Shown piece by piece: positions 9,282 to 18,159 of a DNA stretch of 64,000 nucleotides. How positions within the stretch are numbered: position 1 is the stretch's first letter; every line of letters starts with the position of its first letter. This stretch comes from a virus. The notes under the pieces are model-generated. The model made no database searches. It was not told where the DNA came from and worked only from the letters and a program-made list of their open reading frames with translations. The DNA lies in IMG/VR virus record IMGVR_UViG_3300043411_001118, positions 39,808-103,807 of that record; one strand, given 5' to 3'. Made by a program: the position numbers and the translations under genes.

Positions 9282-10205
9282 TTAAATTTGAGATAATTTT
9301 CTTTGTAATTTTGCAAGACCGTGAATGCATCCCAATTTGATATCGGATTTTCTCTTTGATGGCTCTTTAGCCTCAACCGAATCCTCTTCTAGCATATTCA
9401 ATACCGAATGCCATAACAAAAAATAATCTCCACCACTGAATTTGTGGACCGCAGATTTTAATTGTTCATCTGTTAACATCTGATCTAAATTTCTTCCACA
9501 AAATTCTGTACAAACTTCATATCCATCTACAGTTACACCAAATTGATTATTTGGAATAGCATGTCGCATGTCGTGGAATTCTAAAAAATCTGCCCCCGCT
9601 GGTCCTTGAGACGGCGCACTTCCAGATGGATTTCTAATTGTTTTAATTGATGGATCGACAGAATTTATTACATCAACAACTTTTTGTGCAGCCGCCGATG
9701 TGAAATTATCTTCGAGTCCTAAAACGATTCTTAACTCTCCGACACCATGCGCCTTATGAAAATCTACAATATCCTCGATCCGATTTCTCAAATGAAAAAA
9801 TGTTTTTGGATGATCGTGAACCAATCGTTTATTATACGCACCGGGATCTAATTTATAGAGTAAATTCCTAGAATCGATCTGGTTTTTCCTGCGATCAACT
9901 TCGTTTGACAGATAGATTATTGTTGTGGAATTTTCTCCAGCAATCGAGTACCACTTCTTAATATTCTTCTTTCTTCGACCAAACGAATTCCATACAAAGG
10001 ATATAACCTTACGCCCTTCGATATGATGATAAAAAGACAAAACGACATCAGCATGTTTTGGTGAATAACCTTGAAGTCCGAGTGGAGCTAATCCTATATC
10101 CATTACATTTTTCCTAGCACTAAAATTAAAGATTGGTTCAGTAAACATCAACAATGATAGGCATATACTTGTGACCGTGTAAAATACAGATTCGTGGATG
10201 GACAT
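9282..10205 (-). CDS. Putative exported/membrane-anchored protein of unknown function
   Basis: N-terminal hydrophobic segment; shares motifs with 30035-31291. Confidence 0.6.
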   Translation of the reverse strand: MSIHESVFYTVTSICLSLLMFTEPIFNFSARKNVMDIGLAPLGLQGYSPKHADVVLSFYHHIEGRKVISFVWNSFGRRKKNIKKWYSIAGENSTTIIYLSNEVDRRKNQIDSRNLLYKLDPGAYNKRLVHDHPKTFFHLRNRIEDIVDFHKAHGVGELRIVLGLEDNFTSAAAQKVVDVINSVDPSIKTIRNPSGSAPSQGPAGADFLEFHDMRHAIPNNQFGVTVDGYEVCTEFCGRNLDQMLTDEQLKSAVHKFSGGDYFLLWHSVLNMLEEDSVEAKEPSKRKSDIKLGCIHGLAKLQRKLSQI

Positions 10206-10253
10206 ATTTAAATTCGTTACTCTCCTAGTGATTTAGGGAATAACGAATTTAAC

Positions 10254-11279
10254 CTAGCACCGCTTCCACATTTTAAACTTAGCTAACGCCAATGCCCCAG
10301 AGAATGTGTTGTCATCAATTATTTTGTGAACCTCTTGAGAGGATTTCCCAGATAAAACCATGTCATTGATATCCTTATCAACAATCGTCCTTGGCCATAC
10401 CACCACATATCCCCCAGACTTAATGACCTGTTCCTGATTTTTACAGACCTCAAAATTCCTTGGCTGATTGTCAAACACATACACCGGATCTTCTATTTTG
10501 ATTCCTGTCTCATCCTCAAAAGTTTTGAGCTTCTGTTTTAGAGAAGCATTCATTGCAGCTAGAGCATTTGGGAGAAATAAAGAATCAATTGGACCCTCAA
10601 CCACGTATGTTTTTTTGTTTGGTGTCCAAGTATCAATCCCATACAACATAGCATCGTCATCGAGTTTTGTTGTGATATAACGTAGTACATTTGGATCTGT
10701 TGAAAGTGTGCGCCCCTGGATCGCAACAACCCCACCAGACTTATTAAAAACGGGAATAACTATTCTCGACTCTACATTTCGTTCTTTGTATCTTGTGGGA
10801 AATGTCGTATTAACCAATCCCCAGAAATCGTCCGTGTAATATAATCTGTCATATTTTTCAATTGGAATTTTTCTTCCATCCAAATACTTTCGCGCCGGAT
10901 GCTCAACATCTAATTTTGAAATCAATGTTGAACCAACAAATTTTTTCTCAACATCTTTCTTAACTGGTCGAATTAATTTTTTCTGAGTCGGCCTCTGTGG
11001 ATTGACCTTATTTTTATGAAGTTCGAGGATGTACTCTCGATGTAACGATGGATCGATATCCTTCAAGAAATTATAAAACGATTTTGCAATCCCACAATTA
11101 TGACAATAGAAATATATCTCCTGATTTTTTCCAAGGAAATATCCGCGAGTTTTTCTCTTACTCTTTTTTGAATCTCCACAAAATGGACAAGAACAAACCC
11201 AGAGTCCAACATTTTTCTGTTTAAAATTTCTTAATTGATTCGAAACGAATCTTAGATATTGAACCTCAAGATAATACAT
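10254..11279 (-). CDS. gp61: DNA primase
   Basis: CPFCGDS...CHNC zinc finger, TOPRIM EGPIDS, KDINDM. Confidence 0.95.
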   Translation of the reverse strand: MYYLEVQYLRFVSNQLRNFKQKNVGLWVCSCPFCGDSKKSKRKTRGYFLGKNQEIYFYCHNCGIAKSFYNFLKDIDPSLHREYILELHKNKVNPQRPTQKKLIRPVKKDVEKKFVGSTLISKLDVEHPARKYLDGRKIPIEKYDRLYYTDDFWGLVNTTFPTRYKERNVESRIVIPVFNKSGGVVAIQGRTLSTDPNVLRYITTKLDDDAMLYGIDTWTPNKKTYVVEGPIDSLFLPNALAAMNASLKQKLKTFEDETGIKIEDPVYVFDNQPRNFEVCKNQEQVIKSGGYVVVWPRTIVDKDINDMVLSGKSSQEVHKIIDDNTFSGALALAKFKMWKRC

Positions 11280-11284
11280 TGGGG

Positions 11285-11563
11285 CTAGACCCCGCTATAC
11301 AAGCCAAGAATTTTTTTCGAGATGGCCTCTAAATTTTTTCTTGAATCCCTATAAGCTGAAATTTCTTTCTTGATTTGATCTTTACTGAATTCAAATTTGA
11401 TCCAGGTTCTTTGGCGAATTGTTGTATCGATTTGAAAAAATATTTCATCAACAGTGAATTTTTTCTCATAAACTCCATCATATAAAATTCCACCAATCAA
11501 CTGAATTAAATTATCATCATTCGGATCGATCATTTTAATTCCTCCGAACATATCATCCAACAT
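11285..11563 (-). CDS. Hypothetical protein
   Basis: 92-aa ORF with GGAG RBS. Confidence 0.6.
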   Translation of the reverse strand: MLDDMFGGIKMIDPNDDNLIQLIGGILYDGVYEKKFTVDEIFFQIDTTIRQRTWIKFEFSKDQIKKEISAYRDSRKNLEAISKKILGLYSGV

Positions 11564-11575
11564 CGTATTTCTCCG

Positions 11576-11881
11576 CTAAGGTCTATAACCTATATTATAA
11601 TACGACTTACATGCCCTAACAATAGCTGATTGTTCCTCAGAAAATCTTTTAATATCGTCCATGTTTAAAGAGAAGTTTTTATAGGACTCTGGACTCATTG
11701 ATATCCAGACCGCATCTTTTGAATCGACGAAAACCTTATATTCGACAGACCTAGCTGTGATTGGTTTTGGATCTTCGAATACAAATGGGAGTCTCGCAAC
11801 CCTAGAAACAACAATTTCAATCGGCTTAGAACACCCGACTAAGATCAGCAAAATCAGAAAAATACTTCTTGGTAGCGTCAT
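11576..11881 (-). CDS. o-spanin (outer-membrane lipoprotein)
   Basis: Lipobox LVGC, Pro-containing region; overlaps the i-spanin. Confidence 0.8.
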   Translation of the reverse strand: MTLPRSIFLILLILVGCSKPIEIVVSRVARLPFVFEDPKPITARSVEYKVFVDSKDAVWISMSPESYKNFSLNMDDIKRFSEEQSAIVRACKSYYNIGYRP

Positions 11882-12203
11882 TAATCCTCTTTTCGACTAG
11901 CCCTGGTTTCGCCTTTAAAAGTCTAGAAAACCCATCATTCTTTCTATTCAAACTTCGTTTTAACCTTTCGTGACGAACCTCCGAACTTCTAACAATACTT
12001 AGCCTATCCGATAGGAACTTCTGCAACATCTCATGATCTAATTTTTGATTGGTTATAGCCTCAGATGTGAGCCTCATTAACTCAGTTTTGATGGTACTAG
12101 CTTCGGACAAGGCTAGGATTGCCGCCCGTTGTGTGGCCATATACGACCCCAGGAAGGTCATAACAAGTAGTAAGACAGGATAGATTATAAAACTATACTT
12201 CAT
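11826..12203 (-). CDS. i-spanin
   Basis: N-terminal TM, helical body, KPGLVEKRIN motif typical of T4-like i-spanins. Confidence 0.8.
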   Translation of the reverse strand: MKYSFIIYPVLLLVMTFLGSYMATQRAAILALSEASTIKTELMRLTSEAITNQKLDHEMLQKFLSDRLSIVRSSEVRHERLKRSLNRKNDGFSRLLKAKPGLVEKRINDATKKYFSDFADLSRVF

Positions 12204-12435
12204 CTTTGGATGGATCTATAAGTCCTTGAATATACTCAAGAAGTACAGAAGAATTGCTCATCTCTCCCCAGGACGATTTCTCGCCTCCGATCTTCACACA
12301 CTCCCTATTACAAAAATCTTGAGCGTTTTTTAAAATGAAGTTGGCGCAGGATGTGTATGCCTCGATCAAATTTGGATCGAGCTTCTGAACAGATTCATAC
12401 GAAAATTTCCTAGCTTCTAGACCAACTGCACTCAT
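12193..12435 (-). CDS. Hypothetical protein
   Basis: 80-aa coupled ORF. Confidence 0.55.
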   Translation of the reverse strand: MSAVGLEARKFSYESVQKLDPNLIEAYTSCANFILKNAQDFCNRECVKIGGEKSSWGEMSNSSVLLEYIQGLIDPSKDEV

Positions 12436-13130
12436 GGATTCACCAATTGATATCTAACATTTTTTACTTTTCTTGGAATGAGATATTGTGGACCAGTCTT
12501 TTTAAACCATCTTCGAAAAATATCTTTCTTAAGATTGCTCAACCGATCAATGAATAACGTTCCAATCAAATGATCCATTTCGTGCTGAACACAACACGCC
12601 GCCTTTCCGGTGAAGGTTTCTGTTTTTTCTTCACCTGTTCTAGTCTGATATTTTAACGTCACACTATCAAATCTGTTTACCTTTTCAGACCACCCATGAA
12701 ATGACAAACATCCCTCAATGGAAATGATCTCTCCGCTTGTATCAACAAATGATGGATTGATAAATTCTCTTGCGTCTGTGAAATTATCTGAAACATCCAT
12801 CACAAACATGCTCATGTTAAGTCCGACCTGAACCGCCGCAACGCCATAGCCGCCGTATGCATACATTGTGTTTTTCATTCGGTCTAGGCGAATTGCAACA
12901 TCTTCATCAAAGATTGTTACTTTATTTGCAATCGTCCTGAGTGGACCCACTCCCAATTGAGAATTTAACTCCTTACTTGTCAGAGTCAAAATCTTATATA
13001 ACTCAACAACGTCTCTTTCATCTGTTGTTAATTTTGGAGTCTCTATTGGAGTCTCTATTGGAGTCTCTATTGGAGTCTCTATTGGAGTCTCTATTGGAGT
13101 CTCTATTGGAGTCACGGCATTTTCTTGCAT
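12432..13130 (-). CDS. def: Peptide deformylase with N-terminal TPIE repeats
   Basis: GYGVAAVQVG, EGCLS, QHEMDHL. Confidence 0.95.
   Translation of the reverse strand: MQENAVTPIETPIETPIETPIETPIETPIETPKLTTDERDVVELYKILTLTSKELNSQLGVGPLRTIANKVTIFDEDVAIRLDRMKNTMYAYGGYGVAAVQVGLNMSMFVMDVSDNFTDAREFINPSFVDTSGEIISIEGCLSFHGWSEKVNRFDSVTLKYQTRTGEEKTETFTGKAACCVQHEMDHLIGTLFIDRLSNLKKDIFRRWFKKTGPQYLIPRKVKNVRYQLVNP
13034..13113. repeat. Perfect 12-bp tandem repeat (TTGGAGTCTCTA x6 plus 8 bp) encoding (TPIE)6
   Basis: Read directly from sequence. Confidence 0.95.
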
Positions 13131-13370
13131 TTAATTTTCCTGTAAATCTAAATCTCTAATTTCCTGAATACCATATCGTTTTGTTCCAAGATAGTACCCA
13201 CTCGAATCTCTTTCTAATTTCGATACTTGTTTGGTATCAAAATAAATTACTGCTAAATCATTTTGGATATTCGTTTTGTATGTTACTCCGATAGTTCTTA
13301 AATATTTTTCGATATCTTCCAAATCGTCGATTTGTTCTTTTACAAGAATTCGTCCGAGTCCCACTATCAT
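13131..13370 (-). CDS. Hypothetical protein
   Basis: 79-aa coupled ORF. Confidence 0.6.
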   Translation of the reverse strand: MIVGLGRILVKEQIDDLEDIEKYLRTIGVTYKTNIQNDLAVIYFDTKQVSKLERDSSGYYLGTKRYGIQEIRDLDLQEN

Positions 13371-13579
13371 TTGATAACCGTTTTAATCATCCGAATAAAG
13401 GCATCCAGTTCTTCTGGATCGAATGCCCACCTTTCAGTTTTCAAAACTATATAGTCACCTTGACCCGCATTATATTTTTCGATTTCAATAAATTGATCAT
13501 CTTCGTTTGGACCGCAAGAATCGGATGGTTGAGAATATGTGGATTTTACCAGAATTGGATCGGGATTAATGTTTGCCAT
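13367..13579 (-). CDS. Hypothetical protein
   Basis: 70-aa coupled ORF. Confidence 0.6.
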   Translation of the reverse strand: MANINPDPILVKSTYSQPSDSCGPNEDDQFIEIEKYNAGQGDYIVLKTERWAFDPEELDAFIRMIKTVIK

Positions 13580-13632
13580 TCAAATAAAATAGCAGATTTA
13601 TAAAATCTGTAAAGAACTACTGTTAGGTGTCC

Positions 13633-14568
13633 CTACCACTTAGTTCCAAAAGACAACACCCCATATGTGTGTGTGTTTGCCTTTTGTTCAACATAATCCT
13701 TAGTTCTAATATTGTAGTCGAATCGAATGATGTAGTTGTGATACTCAACATGAATACCCATATTCATTGAATTAACAACGGGTTCTGAATCAACAGTATG
13801 AATATTATCCTGAAACAAACTCCCATCATAATGGAGATTTCTAACAACCGCACGAGCCGACAAATCAAGAGAAGTATAACAAATAAAATCATCCAATTTC
13901 TGAGCATTGTCCATACCCGGAACATTGTATCCGAGTCTCCATCCATGAACGAATTCGAAATCTGTATGGACCGTTCCTGCCCTATAATTTGTTGCTCCGA
14001 CAGAAACAAAATCCCAATCACGAAAATTAGAACGATGGTTTTCCCACATCCTAGAATAGTTAATGTTCAATGTTGGTTCATCTGCAATCTGATTGTCCCA
14101 TCCATTTGGTGGTGCGCCCTTTCCCAGATCGTTATGAATAAATTTTTGAAGTCCCTCCGCGCCCGAATACTTTCCGACAACACCCAATGCAATTTCTGTA
14201 CTGATTCTTCGTTCACTATTTGCATTGATTCTCTTGGCTCTAAATTCTAAGAGTCCAGAATATGGAACATCATCTTCAATGACATTCGGATTTCGAATGT
14301 CATCTGGTGTGTACATGTTCTGTTCCACCGTGAATAATATTCTGGAAAGTTTCTTTGGATCTTGATCATCTACAACCAAAGAAGGAATCGTTTCTGCAAA
14401 ATTTTTAATCGTCTCCGAAGCCTTTTCAGCTTCAATGTTAGTCTGAAACCTAATCTGGGACGTAAAATTTTCATCTGTATTTCCGATGATGTCGTTTGAG
14501 AGATTGAACGAATGTCTTCCGGTGCAACTTGATAGGATTAGTATACAGAGAATTAAGATTTTTTTCAC
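13633..14568 (-). CDS. lpxR: LpxR-family lipid A 3'-O-deacylase (outer-membrane beta-barrel)
   Basis: Signal peptide; ND...D..FT, QNMYTP, D.PYSG, Q..IH and GWDNQI motifs; C-terminal aromatic residue. Confidence 0.85.
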   Translation of the reverse strand: MKKILILCILILSSCTGRHSFNLSNDIIGNTDENFTSQIRFQTNIEAEKASETIKNFAETIPSLVVDDQDPKKLSRILFTVEQNMYTPDDIRNPNVIEDDVPYSGLLEFRAKRINANSERRISTEIALGVVGKYSGAEGLQKFIHNDLGKGAPPNGWDNQIADEPTLNINYSRMWENHRSNFRDWDFVSVGATNYRAGTVHTDFEFVHGWRLGYNVPGMDNAQKLDDFICYTSLDLSARAVVRNLHYDGSLFQDNIHTVDSEPVVNSMNMGIHVEYHNYIIRFDYNIRTKDYVEQKANTHTYGVLSFGTKW

Positions 14569-14579
14569 GAACCGATTCC

Positions 14580-15029
14580 TTAGTTATAAGCAAACTCCAT
14601 TCCGTATTCGTGTAATAGTGGTTCCAATACCGATTTCAGATGTGGATTGAAACAGTATATAGGTATGTTAAACTTCAGCGCCCAACGGATTTCTGTGGCC
14701 ATTTGAAATGTAATTTCATCTCCGGCCAACCACAACTCATCAAAAAATCCTTTCTCAAAATATACATAATTCATTTCAACAGCTTTTTGAAGTTCTCCTG
14801 CATGTGCTTCATCAACTAAACGGTATGACATGTAGTATGGGGTTATTGGATTAACGAACGGATAATTTTTTATAATGTGGTGAACGAGATTTTCGATTTT
14901 GATCAAGTTGCCGTCTAGGTTATCTCCGATAGTTGGATGAGAAATGTAGGCAACGAACCGGGACGATTTGACTTGATCGTAGAGATAACTTTTATTCTTA
15001 GCTTTACTCATGTTGTTAACCGTATGCAA
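14580..15029 (-). CDS. DUF4406-like (nucleoside deoxyribosyltransferase-fold) protein
   Basis: YISHP..GD...N and DELWLAG..I...M..EI.WA pattern. Confidence 0.6.
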   Translation of the reverse strand: MHTVNNMSKAKNKSYLYDQVKSSRFVAYISHPTIGDNLDGNLIKIENLVHHIIKNYPFVNPITPYYMSYRLVDEAHAGELQKAVEMNYVYFEKGFFDELWLAGDEITFQMATEIRWALKFNIPIYCFNPHLKSVLEPLLHEYGMEFAYN

Positions 15030-15097
15030 CCTTACTTATTCAGACAACACTAGTTTATCAGAGATCTACTATTTGTCTAGTTTGGCTACTTCCAAAT

Positions 15098-15667
15098 CTA
15101 TTTATTTGGTTTTGGGCGGCGTGTGAGTTTTAAGAAATCGTCAAATGTCTTCTTTTTGTATTTTTCTTGTGCAGATTTTGAAACGGCTGGATCATCTCCA
15201 TCATGACCCGTTCCGGCAATGGCTCCGGTCCCGACTGCATTAGCCGCTGCATCCTCAGTGAATGACTTGATCCATTCCTCAAATTCTTTTCTTCTTTCCT
15301 GAACCATTTCAAACCAATCCGTAACAGACTCAACTAATAGATCTGGATCTCGATCATAGTCTTTATTATTCTGTTCTTTTAATAGGAACAATGCAGCCGC
15401 GAAGGACGCGATTCTGGTTTTTCCGAATGGAAGTTTTTCTAAGATTCTTTTTAAATTGAATACCAATCTATCAAATAGTGTGTATGCATTTTTTTCTTCT
15501 GGAGTTTTTAAATCTTTCCCTTTCTTTAAAACCTTCCCATCCTTATCGATAATTCCCAATTCGAATGCTTTAGTTTTTTCAAATGGTGTGGTCAGACGCT
15601 TCAGTGTTGAATACAACATCAACAAATCAATCGCAACATTTTCTGTTAGAAAACATTTTGTTTTCAT
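15098..15667 (-). CDS. Conserved T4-like head-associated hypothetical protein
   Basis: TPFEKT.AF.LGIID..G, AYT.F.RLVFNLKR, ASFAAAL.L.KE; N-terminal MKTKCFLTE. Confidence 0.7.
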   Translation of the reverse strand: MKTKCFLTENVAIDLLMLYSTLKRLTTPFEKTKAFELGIIDKDGKVLKKGKDLKTPEEKNAYTLFDRLVFNLKRILEKLPFGKTRIASFAAALFLLKEQNNKDYDRDPDLLVESVTDWFEMVQERRKEFEEWIKSFTEDAAANAVGTGAIAGTGHDGDDPAVSKSAQEKYKKKTFDDFLKLTRRPKPNK

Positions 15668-16077
15668 GTCTTTCCTAAAGTCTCTGCTACTTTTAAATCA
15701 ACCGATATATCCTTTGATACAATATTTTCACCATTAATTAGTGGAATTGTATCTGGCATCAGAGAAAGATAAATCAAAAACGTCTTGAGTGTTGAATAGT
15801 GTTTCTTATCTATTCGAAAAAACAAAATCCTCGTTGCAGCCTCGACCCCAAAAATATTGTATAGCACAATAATATGATTTAAAATCAATCTACAGTGTTT
15901 CTCTGTAATGATCTTTCTCTGACGGTATTTAGAAAATAACCGTTTGATATACTTGATCGTCTTTAGATCTTCTTGAAAATCTTCAATGGATAAGCACTGA
16001 GGATTTTGATAATGCCTCATGCAATATTGAGTAAAATTTTCTTCTAAGAGTGGTTCGCAAAATAGCATATTACCCAA
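15664..16077 (-). CDS. Conserved T4-like hypothetical protein (DUF7207-like)
   Basis: Y.NPQC...EDF.EDL...KYIKRL, RLILNHIIVLYNIFG. Confidence 0.75.
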   Translation of the reverse strand: MGNMLFCEPLLEENFTQYCMRHYQNPQCLSIEDFQEDLKTIKYIKRLFSKYRQRKIITEKHCRLILNHIIVLYNIFGVEAATRILFFRIDKKHYSTLKTFLIYLSLMPDTIPLINGENIVSKDISVDLKVAETLGKT

Positions 16078-16104
16078 GTATATAGGGCCATTATGCTATT
16101 TCAT

Positions 16105-17343
16105 TTATGCGATTACTCTTGTTCCTGCTGCTGCTCCAACCGGGGCTGAAATGGTTTTTGTTGCTGCTGTTGCCGCTGTACCACCAGCAAATGTAGCTGC
16201 ACCAAACGATCCATTCGTTAATGTCTCTGTTGATGCAAGAGAGTTTCCACCAGTTCCAGCCGTCTTCGCCGAGAAAACTGCATCCAGTGAATTTTGATCA
16301 GCATCAAGTGCTGACACCGCCGCATGAATCGTCATTGACGTTGCGTAATTTGTTCCAGCTACTCCAGTCAAGTTAACAGCCGCAATCAAATTCGCTAACG
16401 ACTCAGCCGCACTCGATCCAATTTTTACGTTTCCATCAACATCAGTAAGTGTTGTTTGGAATGTATATGTTCTTGAACCAAGAACAACTGTCTCTGTATT
16501 GAGTGGTTGTCCAGTCAGTGTAAGAGTAGCAACCGCCGCAACTGCTCTGTTGCTTTCGACAATTGTTCCACCGAGAGTTTGTGCGCCAATAGAGAGTGTT
16601 CCACTATTAGTAACACCACCAGTGAATGTCGCTCCGGGAAACGATCCATTCGTTAATGTCTCTGTTGATGCAAGAGAGTTTCCACCAGTTCCAGCCGTGA
16701 GTGCTGTGAAAACTGCTGTGTCTCCAACGCCCATAGCCGCGCTTACTGTAGCATGTGCAGTAGTAGCCGCCGCATATCCTGTTCCAGAACCAGCGCCAAG
16801 CATAACAGCCGCAACTAAATTTACTAAAGATGCGTTTGCACTAGCTCCAATAAAAACGTTTCCGTCCACATTTGTTAATACAGTTTGGAACGTGTAAGTT
16901 CTTGCACCGATTGTGACGGTTTCTGTGTCTAGTGGTTGACCGACTAGTGTGAGTGTTCTCGATGCTGCAACCGACGATGGTACTAGTTGGTTTGTTGAAT
17001 TGTCGCTTTGCTTATTATAAACAACTTCCGACACACCAGACTGAGCCGCCGCATAAAGTGTGATGTCTCCACCACCTTGAGTCGATGAAACAACAATGGT
17101 CGAACCAGCCGTAACATCAACTGGTTGACTAAATCGAGTTTTAACCGATAATGCCGCGCCCTGAGTTAAAGATGCTGCAACGAAATATACCTCAGCCGCC
17201 GCACTTGCTCCAGCTTTGCTCGATCCTCTTGGAATGGCAACGTAAACTTCACCAGTCGTAACACCCTCCCATCCACGATGAGTTAATACGCAATCTTCGC
17301 TTGTCACCCATGAAGGTGCAGATGTTAAGGACCAACGTGCCAT
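16105..17343 (-). CDS. Virion decoration/structural protein with duplicated beta-rich domain
   Basis: Ala/Gly/Thr-rich; two ~120-aa repeats; late promoter and GGAG RBS. Confidence 0.7.
   Translation of the reverse strand: MARWSLTSAPSWVTSEDCVLTHRGWEGVTTGEVYVAIPRGSSKAGASAAAEVYFVAASLTQGAALSVKTRFSQPVDVTAGSTIVVSSTQGGGDITLYAAAQSGVSEVVYNKQSDNSTNQLVPSSVAASRTLTLVGQPLDTETVTIGARTYTFQTVLTNVDGNVFIGASANASLVNLVAAVMLGAGSGTGYAAATTAHATVSAAMGVGDTAVFTALTAGTGGNSLASTETLTNGSFPGATFTGGVTNSGTLSIGAQTLGGTIVESNRAVAAVATLTLTGQPLNTETVVLGSRTYTFQTTLTDVDGNVKIGSSAAESLANLIAAVNLTGVAGTNYATSMTIHAAVSALDADQNSLDAVFSAKTAGTGGNSLASTETLTNGSFGAATFAGGTAATAATKTISAPVGAAAGTRVIA
16204..16698. repeat. Identical 60-bp direct repeat (16204-16263 and 16639-16698)
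   Basis: AAACGATCCATTCG...CCAGCCGT is exact in both copies. Confidence 0.9.
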
Positions 17344-17381
17344 TCGATTTCTCCTAGAATTGAAATATCTTTCTAAGTGGT

Positions 17382-17388
17382 TATTTAG
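17382..17388 (-). promoter_or_regulatory. T4-type late promoter (CTAAATA)
   Basis: Upstream of structural gene; same motif precedes gp18/22/23. Confidence 0.65.
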
Positions 17389-17400
17389 CAGATTGAGGAA

Positions 17401-18159
17401 TTATTGAATGGAGCTAATTAGCTTTCTGGCACTAACAATTTCAAAAAAGGTTCTACCTATGATAGAATTCAACTTATCCAGTCTGAACAGGGTATCTCCC
17501 CAGATTGGTCTATAATGTAGACAGTTCTCCGATGGAACAGCTAACAATTGACCTGTCGTTCTCATCGTCCCTCGACCATCTCCCATCCGTAAGGGAGAAT
17601 CGTCCTGGTCCAATTGCATCAATACGTCCATCAATTCGATTGGAGTCTTACTCATCGACATCGATATTTCTGGAATTTTTATATCATCTCGATTAGAAAT
17701 GACTGTTGACGATGACCTTGATAACTCTTTAACAGCCGATGAATATACACCATCTATATTACTGCCATCTAACACAAATGCTTTCTCGGAATTCATCACC
17801 AAAACATTTCCTGTGATCTCTTGTTCCTTTAAAATCTCAATTGACTCTTCTGGAGTTGATGCATATAAAGCTTTTCTGACTCTCAGACCCTCCGGTGAAT
17901 TGTATTTTCTTTCTTCTCGATTCGCCCGTCTAATATCGGATATCTCATTTTCGATATCGATTCTTGGACAAACCAAAACAACTAAACCGTGTTCGTTTAA
18001 TCCTTCGGAGAATCGACTGACCTCATCCCAAAGGAACAAACGTTCGATATCATTTCGAAAACTCTTTCTGATTCTGATCCTTGGCTTATAATTACAGTCT
18101 CGATTCTTCGCCGCGACAAATCCAACACCATTAAAATATTTGCAAACTATAGTTGACAT
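17401..18159 (-). CDS. Ntn-hydrolase-fold protein (putative peptidase/amidase)
   Basis: N-terminal M-S-T-I, AKNRD, SEGLNEHGL. Confidence 0.65.
   Translation of the reverse strand: MSTIVCKYFNGVGFVAAKNRDCNYKPRIRIRKSFRNDIERLFLWDEVSRFSEGLNEHGLVVLVCPRIDIENEISDIRRANREERKYNSPEGLRVRKALYASTPEESIEILKEQEITGNVLVMNSEKAFVLDGSNIDGVYSSAVKELSRSSSTVISNRDDIKIPEISMSMSKTPIELMDVLMQLDQDDSPLRMGDGRGTMRTTGQLLAVPSENCLHYRPIWGDTLFRLDKLNSIIGRTFFEIVSARKLISSIQ

Noticed and set aside
13034-13113. Repeat as CRISPR array
   Set aside because: Head-to-tail 12-mers with no spacers, in frame inside def
16204-16698. Diversity-generating retroelement TR/VR pair
   Set aside because: Copies are identical with no adenine-specific mismatches, both are in frame in one gene, and no reverse transcriptase is present
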